Assembly: GCA_951406725.2 (NCBI GenBank)
Contig: OX597839.1
Location: forward strand, 1,054,001-1,118,000
Direction of reading: 5' to 3'
Length of the DNA stretch: 64,000 bases
Source of the DNA: Octopus vulgaris
Lineage: Eukaryota
Part shown: positions 53,880-64,000 of the stretch, in pieces
Numbering within the stretch: position 1 is the first letter of the stretch
Layout: each line of letters begins with the position of its first letter
Made by a program: the position numbers and the translations under genes
The notes under the pieces: generated by a model
The model's input: the letters and a program-made list of their open reading frames with translations, nothing else
Told to the model about the DNA's origin: nothing
Databases searched by the model: none

Positions 53880-56800
53880 TATTGTAACGAAAACATAGTA
53901 CGTTCCTTATCGTAGGGAGACACCACACATTTCTTTGCTAAAACAAAGTGGTGAATGAGAATTGTTCGTCCATTGAAAGGGACAGATGGTCATCCGGAAA
54001 CGAGACCAGCCAAGACATTATCAGATTTAGCAAAAGCAGCAACAACAACATCAACAGCGACAAGAACTATAGTGCACGTGAAATCTACAAAAGTAATATT
54101 CTTTGCTTTTAGTGCTACTTTACTCACAGCAGGAACGAAGGAAATCGTCATCTACATATTACCTCGGTCGAAGATTGTTCGAAATTAGAATTCTCAAAAA
54201 ACCACGAGAAATAAACATCTGTTGGTTTGTGGTTGCGATTCTCTTTGATTTAGAAGAGAAAACCACAGTTTTGGAAGAGATTTAGAAGAGAAAACCCATG
54301 GTTTGCAGCTACAAATAGAAGCAGATCAACAAAGTTTCCAGGCTATCAAGGACTTTATAAAGCCCACTAGAAGGAACATAGTTTTTGTAGTTGTTGAGAG
54401 CAGAAAGCCAAGTTGTTATCTGTGCGGGTACCCAAACGACTTGAAAGCTTTCTGTCCACAACAAAATAGATAAATAAGCCATCAGTTTTACCGAATCCAA
54501 ACCAGCGCAACAATAACATCAGCCCCAGGAAAACAGGTGACTGCTACAGCAGAAAATAAAAACACAACATTAACTATAGTAGTAGCAACTTTATTCTCAT
54601 AAGCACAATAAGAACAACTGTGGAAGCAACTGTACGAAATACATCAGTGAACTCACCAGCATCAACAGCAACAAAAGACCAAGAACTTTATCAACAAGAG
54701 AAAAGATCCAAAAAGCTCCACATATTTTCCTCTCCAGGAAGTCAGACATGTCCTGCGGTGAAGTGGAGCACGAAGAGTCTAAATGACAAAATTTTGGTAG
54801 ATCGAACAAAAGAAAAAGAGACATAGTAACACCAACATCAGCAACAAGAAATGGCAGGTGTGACGAGTGGAGGGAGACACCATCGAAAACAACTTCTCAA
54901 ATATCTCCCTTGACAGGAACGACACCAATACAATTTCTTTACTACCCACAAGGGGCTAAACACAGAGGTGACAAACGGATTAAATCCATTACATCGACCC
55001 CAGAGCGTAACTGGTACTTATTTAATCGACCCAGAAGGGATGAAAGGCAAAGTCGACCTCGGCAGAATTTGAACTCAGAACGTAGCGACAGACGAAATAC
55101 ATATTTCTTTACTACCCACTAGGGGACATAACAAGGGCAGACAAACGGATTAAGTCGATTATCACGACCCCAGTGCGTAACTGGTTCTTATTTAATCGAC
55201 CCCGAAAGGATTAAAGGCAAAGTCGACCTCGGTGGAATTTGAACTCAGAACGTAACGGTAGACGAAATACGGCTACGCATTTCGACCGGCGCGCTAACGT
55301 TTCTGCCAGCTCCACCAATACTGTCAACAACAACATCCCCAATATTACTAAGTCCCCACCACTATCACAGACACCGCCATCACAAGCACAACTCAATTCC
55401 CACTCACAACTTTCAGATCGCACATCTCAACACCAGCAACTGTCAAACATTTTCAACTACAACGCAATAAACACGTACAATAAAGAGCTAATGGATCACA
55501 CATATAACGATACAAGTATCACAGACACCGATTTTATTATCTCGAGAAACAACACACCAACACACATTAAAGCCATTACAAAACCATCAAAACAAGATAT
55601 CCAGAAGGAACAGGGGCTTTCCAGCGAGATATACGTGAAAGAATGTATCGATACATAACTTATGGGGACGGAACGTCCATGAATTATTGTAAGTAGAATT
55701 TTCTGCTTTTATGCCTCATCCCTTTAGCATTCAAACCGGCCATATCTGGCCAAATTATTTAACCTGTTTTATATTGAAACTGACCAGATCTCGCCTCTTA
55801 CCTCAGCCTTACCATGTCATTCTAAAACTAAAAGATCACATCACTGAAATCTCTAAACTACAAGATAAAGCATGATTAATTCAAACCATTTTAAATAAAC
55901 AAACATCACATTTGACAGAATAATCTGAGCACTAAAGGGTTAATCCAACATGGCCTCTGTAAGAGTCTGCAGCATAAATGCACGTAAGCTGGGGTCACCT
56001 AGGAAACATTTTAATCTACTCAATGATTTCAGGTTACTAAGTGTCGACGTTGTGGCCATCATTGAAACCAGACTCACAGACCCACAAGTTTTCGTGCCCA
56101 GAGCGATGTTTTGACTGCTTGGGGCTAGAGGATTGAAGAGGGTGTGGTAAAAGCCTCACAGACCTGCTGAGATATGTTCAGCTCTTTGACAGACACAAAA
56201 TGGATTTCTCGGATGTGCCAATGTGTAAGTGGACGAATTGCGTCGGCTAATCCAAGTCATATCTTGACAGGGTATACTGTAGGCCTCTAGGTGAAGATAG
56301 TATAAGATGTCCAATTCTCAAACTGGCCGGATACACAGACAAATTTGCGATCTGTAGGAGACGGTTCCTGAAAGCTAAAATCGTCAATCCCAACGTGCTA
56401 AGGTTACAGAGACCGTATTAAATAATTATTTTAGACGTTGACATGGGTAATCTTCAACAACAATCAGTGCCTTGCCGTGAAAGGCAATGACAATAGAATG
56501 AGTTAGATTTTGTAAGGTATTAGTGATAGAAAGGAATAAAGGAGAAGGGATGCTGGAAACATAGAAGAGTCTCTCACAATGGGCATTTCAACCGACGTTC
56601 TGTCCACGCGATACACCCTGGACCAATTCTTCAATGCTAAACAAGAAAGCTGCATTGTCAGAGCAAAGTTGCGAGCCCTTAAAGAAGAAGGGATGGAAAC
56701 TGGCAGAGGTGCAATATATCATCAAAGCCACCTTTCGGTCTTTAGTTGATCAAAATGTGCGCATAGTACACGAGCCCAAGTAGATGTGTGTGGGAATTTC

Positions 56801-58480
56801 AGCAGCACTTCGCACAAGTGTTTGCGATGTATGGCAGTCCGAAACACAGAAGGACTGCAGTGCCTTCTTTGGCGGTATGCCACAACTCTCAGAAAAAGGG
56901 GCACTATGTTACGAAATACCGAAAACAGCCGCAGAAATACGGGACATTCAACGGCACTTCATTGAACTGCATGGCATGCTTCACATCTTACCTGGGCAAT
57001 ATGTAGAGGTCCGCGAAATGAAGATAACAGCCGAAAACATACGTGAAATGCTGACAGGCTTCACAAAAATTTGCTGGGGCTAGATGGTCTACGTTTCGAT
57101 GTTTAACTTCATATACCAGACTTATCGCAATTGGCAGCAGAACGGAAGAATATCCAATGCTGTGAGCCATGGCGTAGTGGTACTGCTTATACAGGACCCG
57201 AACAAGAGAGAATAAATCGATAATTTTAGGCCCATTACTCTGCTTAACGCAGATCATAAGATTTTGGCCAATTTGTTAGCCAAGACTTAGGCAATTGTGC
57301 AGACATGCACAATCCTGAGCAGATTTATCCCCAACAACCTCCACTTGACACGCTACGTCATAGGAAGTGTAGGAAAGGAACCTAGCATCAATAGGGCACT
57401 GATCAATTTGGGTCAGTCAAAAACTTTCGAATGGGTTGAACATGAATACTGATTCCAGTCCTGTTTTCAGAGGCTGGACATCATCAATCTACAAAAACAT
57501 CTGTTCAGTGGTCAAAATAAATGACCACCTATCGAAACCGTTTGGCATCATCCGTTCGGTACATCTACTATGCCCATTCTCACCCCTTCTGTATATGCTG
57601 GCTCTCGAGCCTTTACTGAGCAAATTGGATATTTTGAGGGCCATCACGTGTGAACAACAATACAGACGTTTCGTGACAGCTTATGCGGACGACGTTACTG
57701 CAAAAGTATCGGACAGTTCAGAAATCGAGAGACCGCCATTTTCTTAAGGGAGTACGAAGCGGTGAGACGAGCAAAGATTAATCTGGACAAGTCGGCGGGC
57801 ATTCGGCTCGACACCTATCAAACTGCTCGTGGTCTGATTTAGACCGGAGCTACAAATGGACAAGAACTAGGGGAGGTGACGTGTAACATGGCTAATCTGA
57901 TCCGGAAAGGTCGGGCTGAGGTGGGGAATGCGTACATCGCTTCCGTGATGTAATGCTGCCTGACTGCGGTCCATTTCCCTACTTCGTGGTTGATCAAGTT
58001 GGAGTGCATGCTCTTCCACATTCTGTTGAAGGGACATGTACGTTAGTTAGACGGGCCATCATCTGTTAACAGCCGCTGAGTGGCCGACTGCATATGAAGT
58101 GGCTAATGATGCGCGGACGTGAGTTGACGCTGCGATATATCCAGCGTTTCGTCTACGTTGAGCGGATGTGGTCACCGTTTCTCAGATAGAATTTTCAGCA
58201 TCACGGAGCCACTGTCTTGGATCAATCGTAGACCAAGGAAGGTCGCTTGGAAGCCGGAGTGTCAGCTAGCGCTCACAACTTTCTGCCACCCGAGTAAAAC
58301 GTTCGTTGAAAGTTCCACGATGAAGTTCTATTCGTTAATAGTGATGGGAAAGATCGACAACATCTTTGGGAAACATCTGGGTGTCGGAATGGAAGAATTA
58401 AGCTGTTTTCCGAAGGATTTTCGGACCGACACCTATGGTTATCTTGCAGTAATTTCTGGCCCAGCATTAGCAAGACAAAA
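53880..58480 (+). mobile_element. Decayed near full-length L1/Tx1-like LINE
   Basis: ORF1 knuckle ESRKPSCYLCG..LKAFCP; ORF2 from 55950 VCSINARKL..VDVVAIIETRL (APE); NFRPITLLNADHKILA; CPFSPLLYMLALEPLL; AYADDV. Confidence 0.85.
55720..55939. mobile_element. piggyBac-like MITE
   Basis: Ends ccctttagc.. / ..ctaaaggg followed by TTAA. Confidence 0.6.
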
Positions 58481-58974
58481 TAATTTAGATGATAACACTT
58501 CGAATCAGTTAAGATCGGAAGCCATGAGAGCCATTGCGAACCTTCATATTTTTCCCCAAGACAAAAATGCAACTCAATATTTGCGAATCGCTGAAGGACC
58601 TTGGCTTCCAGGACAGATTCAAAAAGTGTCAGGAACGTTGGAAACCGAGGGGAGGATGTTAAAACTTAGGTAAAAAAATGTGTATTATGATATAGATAAT
58701 CTGGGAACCATTGATACTACCTTGTATTAAAAAAACCACGTAAATTCTTCCTTGTTAACTAACATAGATACACACGCTCGCGTACTCACTCACTAACACA
58801 CACACACGCACATTCACGCCCATGCACAGGTAAATATACTCTGCTGTGGTTTTGCAGTTTCGTGGCTAAAAAATGTCTGTAGCCATTGTTTGAATTCTGG
58901 AGGTTTTGAATGAACGACACTTTGTATTTTTAATATACATCCTGTTTTAATTCGCAGATTACTACACATCGTTT

Positions 58975-61900
58975 ATGAATGTATGTATGTATGTATGTAT
59001 GTATGTAAGTTTGTGTGTGCATTTGTATGTAAATATATATATATATTTATATATATTCTCACATGCATACATACACACATACATGCATTCATGCATAGAT
59101 ACATATATACATAGATACATAATACATACATACATACATACATGCATGCATGCATGCATAAATACATACATACATACATACATACATACATACATACATG
59201 CATACATACATACTATATGTACGTACACAGGCGTTCATATAGGTCAATGCTCATATGACTTTTGAATACAAGCTATAGAAAACATTAATCAAAGGACTTA
59301 TACATTCAAAAGTTTTATTCTTCTGTGATCTAAAATATTAAAATATACTACCACAACCGAAACCAGTTTCTAACTCACATTGAGAAATCTTCCTGCTTGC
59401 ACAAAAGTTGTTTAAAATAACAAGAAACTACGTAAAATAAAAATGATACCAGTCAAGAATATGCCGGATGGAATGGACTAAACACAAAAATTCTTAAAAC
59501 TCGATCCTAAATAAGAACCCATTGCCACCAAGCAATTTTCTTTAAACCTGGACGAACATTGAACGAATGTCCCATGCGAAGGGAAGTAATCTAAGCATGT
59601 ATCTCTAAATCGAAGCTATTTGATGAGGAGAGGGCATATTCCCTAGAAGCCTGGGAGGTCATGGATTTTGTGGGGTTTCCATGAGCAGTACTTCGAAGTC
59701 TCTCAATCTGGGGGATTTTAATTGTTATAAGTTGTTATAAATATGGTGATTCTGTATTTAAGCGCCTCAATCCCTTTCTTTTTGTATCGTATTGTTCTTT
59801 ACCTTCTCCAAGCTTTTATATTAAGACTCAGAGGTTAATGAGGAATAGATTATTTTCATTATTACCTCATCGATGCACAACAGTTTAAATTGTTGGAAAA
59901 GAATAAAATTCTTACGCTGAGCAACAACAAATAACCTTATATGTCAAGAATTTTCCTAAGTATCCTAAATGTCCCTGATCACACTATTTACTGGAGCTAC
60001 ACTAAACTAGGTTCTGCGCTTATTTCTTCTATCCGTCCTTTCAATGGCCACTGCACTATTTTTGTTAGACATCTCACACTGACATTCTCTTTATTTGGAA
60101 AGGTAAAGTCAACTACCTTGTACTTTCGATTCTCATTGTCTGCTACAATTAACTAGAGTTTCTGTCACTATCAGTTTCAATGTTAAAATCTCACAATTCC
60201 TTATATTTCTTACTTTCTAGCCCTTTGCTAGCTTCATGTTCATACCATTCATCAGTATGGTTAAATTTAGCTTTCTACATAAGTCTCAGTGGATTATTCT
60301 CCCTAGGTTATCATGTCTTGTATTGTTTTTGTGCCGGAATATTACATCCACTAATTAAATAACTAACAGTTGCCACTTTTTATTTAAATAATCTATATTC
60401 AGAATCTACATGACTTTGTCTATTTGGGATATTGTAACGAAAACATAGTACGTTTCTTATCGTAGGGAGACACCACTCATTTCTTTGCTAAAACAAAGTG
60501 GTGAACGAGAATTGTTCATCCATTGAAAGGGACAGATGGTCATGCGGAAACGAGAACAGCCAAGACATTGTCAGATTTAGCAAAAGCAGCAACAACAACA
60601 TCAACAGCGACAAGAACAATAGTGCACGTGAAATCTACAAAAGTAATATTCTTTGCTTTTAGTGCCACTTTACTCACAGCAGGAACGAAAGAAATCGTCA
60701 TCTACATCTTACCTCGGTCGAAGATTGTTCGAAATTAGAATACTCAACAAACCACGAGAAATAAGCATCTGTTGGTTTGTGGTTGCGATTCTCTTTGATT
60801 TAGAAGAGAAAATAACAGGTTTATAAAAGATTTAGAAGAGAAAACCCATGGTTTGCAGCTACAAATAGAAGCAGATCAGCAAAGTTTCGAGGCTATCAAG
60901 AACTTTATAAAGCCCACTAGAAAGAACAATTTTTTTGTAGTTGTTGAGAGCAGAAAGCCAAGTTGTTATCTGTGCGGGTACACAAACGACTTGAAAGCTT
61001 TCTGCCCACAACAAAATAGATAAATAAGCCATCAGTTTTACTGAATCCAAACCAGCGCAACAATAACAACAGCACCAGGAAAACAGGTGACTGCTACAGC
61101 AGGAAATAAAAACACAACAGTAACTGTAGTAGTAGCAACTTTATTCTCATAAGCACAATAAGAACAACTGTTGAAGCAACTATACGAAATACATCAGTGA
61201 ACTCACCAGCATCAACAGCAACAAAAGACCAAGAACTTTATCAACAAGAGAAAAGATCCAAAAAGCTCCACATATTTTCTTCTCCAGGAAACCAGATATG
61301 TCCTGCGGTGAGGTGAAGCACGAAGAGTCTAAATGACAAAATTTTGGTAGATCGAACAAAAGGAAAAGAGACATAGTAACACCAACATCAGCAACAAGAC
61401 ATGGCAGGTGTGACGAATGGAGGGAGACACCATCGAAAACAAATTCTCAAATGCCTCCCTTTTTACGAACGACACCAATACTATTTCTTTACTACCCACA
61501 AGGGGCTAAACACAGCGGGGACAAACAAGGGTAGACAAACGGATTAAGTCGATTACATCGACCCCAGTGCGTAACTGGTACTTATTTAATCGATCCCGAA
61601 GGGATGAAAGGCAAAGTCGACCTCGCCGAAATTCGAACTCAGAACGTAGCGACAGGCGAAATACATATTTCTTTACTACCCACTAGGGGATAAACACAGA
61701 GGGGACAAACAAGGGCAGACAAACGGATTAAGTCGATTACATCGACCCCAGTGCGTAACTGGTTCTTATTTAATCGACCCCGAAAGGATGAAAAGCAAAG
61801 TCGACCTCGGCGGAATTTGAACTCAGAACGTAACGGCAGACGAAATACGGCTACGCATTTCGACCGGCGCGCTAATGTTTCTGCCAGCTCCACCAATACT

Positions 61901-62250
61901 GTCAACAACAACGTCCCCAATATTGCTAAGTCCCCCACCACTATCACAGACACCGCCATCACAAGCACAACTCAATTCCCACTCACAACTTTCAGATCGC
62001 ACATCTCAACACCAGCAACTGTCAAACATTTTCAACTACAACGCAATAAACACGTACAATAAAGAGCTAATGGATCACATATATAACGATACAAGTATCA
62101 CAGACACCGACTTTATTATCTCGAGAAACAACACACCAACACACATTAAAGCCATTACAAAACCATCAAAACAAAATATCCAGAAGGAACAGGGACTTTC
62201 CAGCGAGATATACGTGAAAGAATATATCCATACATAACTTATGGGGACGG
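58975..62250 (+). repeat. Diverged direct duplicate of about 52440-55670
   Basis: Parallel ORFs 53400/59941, 53955/60523, 54309/60859; both end at tacataacttatggggacgg. Confidence 0.9.
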
Positions 62251-64000
62251 ATCTTTTCTCTTGTTGATAAAGTTCTTGGTCTGTAGCTGCTGTTGATGCT
62301 GGTGAGTTCACTGATGTATTTCTTACAGTTGCTTCGACAGTTGTTCTTATTGTTCTTGCAGCTACTGATGCCGGTGCTTATAAGATTAAAGTTGCTACTA
62401 CTACAGTTACTCTTGTTTTTTTTATTTTCTGCTGTAGCAGTCACCTGTTTTCCAGGTTCTGTTGTTATTGGCACGCTGGTATGAATTCGGCAAAACTGAT
62501 GGTTTATTTATCTATTTTGTTGTGGGCAGAAAGCTTTCAAGTCGTTTGTGTACCCGCACAGATAACAACTTGGCTTTCTGCTCTCAACAACTACAAAAAC
62601 TATATTCCTTCTAGTGGGCTTTATAAAGTCCTTGATAGCCTCGAACGTCGTCCGCATAAGCTGACACGAAACGTCTGTATTCTTGGTCACACGTGATGGC
62701 CCTCAAAATATCCAATTTGCTCAGTAAAGGCTCGAGAGCCAGCATATAGAGAAGGGGTGAGAATGGGCATCCTAGATGTACCGAACGGATGATGCCAAAC
62801 GGTTTCGATAGGTGGTCATTTATTTTGACCACTGAACAGATGTTTTTGTAGATTGATGATGTCCAGCCTCTGAAAACAGGACTGGAATCAGTATTCATGG
62901 TCAACCCCTTCGAAAGCTTTTGACTGACCCAAATTGATCAGTGCCCTATCGATGCTAGGTTCCTTTCCTATACTTCCTATGACGTAGCGTGTCAACTGGA
63001 GGTTGTTGGGGATAAATCTGCTCAGGATTGTGCATGTCTGCACAAGTGCCTAAGTCTTGGCTAACACCTTGGTCAAGATCTTATGATCTGCGTTAAGCAG
63101 AGTAATGTGCCTAAAATTATCGATTTATTCTCTCTTGTTCGGGTCCTGTATCAGCAGTACCACCACGCAATAGCTCACGGCACTGGATATTCTTCCGTTC
63201 TGCTGCCAATTGCGATAAGTCTGGTATATGAAGTTAAACATCGAAACGTAGACCATCTAGCCTCAGCAAATTTTTGTGAAGCCTGTCAGCATTTCACGTA
63301 TGTTTTCGGCTGTTATCTTCATTTCGCGGACCTCTACATATTGCCCAGGTAAGATGTGAAGCATGCCATAGAGTTCGGTGAAGTGCCGTTGAATGTGCCG
63401 TATTTCTGCGGCTGTTTTCGGTATTTCGTAACATAGTGCCCCATTTTCTGAGAGTTGTGGCAAACCGCCAAAGAAGGCACAGTATTCATTCTGTGTTTCG
63501 GACTGCCATCCATCGCAAACACTTGTGCGAAGTGCTACTGAAATTCCCACACACATCTACTTGGGCTCGTGTACTATGCGCACATTTTGATCAACTAAAG
63601 ACCGAAAGGTGGCTTTGATGATATATTGCACCTCTGCCAGTTTTCATCCCCTCTTCTTCAAGGGCTCGCAACTTTGCTCTGACAATGCAGCTTTCTTGTT
63701 TAGCATTGAAGAATTGGTCCAGGGTGTATCGCGTGGACAGAACGTCGGTTGAAATGCCCATTGTGAGAGACTCTTCTATGTTTCCAGCATCCCTTCTCCT
63801 TTATTCCTTTCTATCACTAATACCTTACAAAATCTAACTCATTCTATTGTCATTGCCTTTCACGGCAAGGCACTGATTGTTGTTGACGATTACCCATGTC
63901 AACTCCGTCTAAAATAATTATTAAATACGGTCTCTGTAACCGTAGCACGTCGCGATTGACGATTTTAGCTTTCAGGAACCGTCTCCTACTGATCGCAAAT
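62251..64000 (-). repeat. Inverted duplicate of L1/Tx1 segments (about 54340-54705 and 56343-57696)
   Basis: Reverse-complement matches, e.g. ORFs 56784(+)/63263(-) and 57436(+)/62611(-); runs off the window end. Confidence 0.92.

Overview
Repeat-rich, AT-rich eukaryotic DNA. The SINE, LINE and microsatellite landscape looks like octopus/cephalopod (inferred, not searched). Two Mind bomb (MIB2-like) paralog fragments face each other tail-to-tail, and the ORF track largely misses them. (1) On the + strand, six phase-compatible GT-AG exons (2697-18365) encode about 247 aa: the second half of one Mib SH3-like repeat, two further complete repeats, an acidic tail and a stop, with no ankyrin or RING; a decayed RING exon and 3'UTR follow. 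(2) On the - strand, a last-ankyrin exon (nonsense codon plus frameshift) precedes two intact RING exons (32258-28978). The window also holds several Penelope-type hammerhead ribozyme motifs (one with a complete core at 20726-20811) and a hAT transposon with TIRs and an 8-bp TSD (40754-44526). Other content: R4/Dong, RTE, L1/Tx1, Penelope, mariner, Gypsy and Helitron relics, many tRNA-derived SINEs, a 2.8-kb Thr-coding (ACC)-based minisatellite, and nested direct, tandem and inverted segmental duplications across 36-64 kb. Most ORFs in the track are microsatellite artefacts. All alignments and folds were done by eye.
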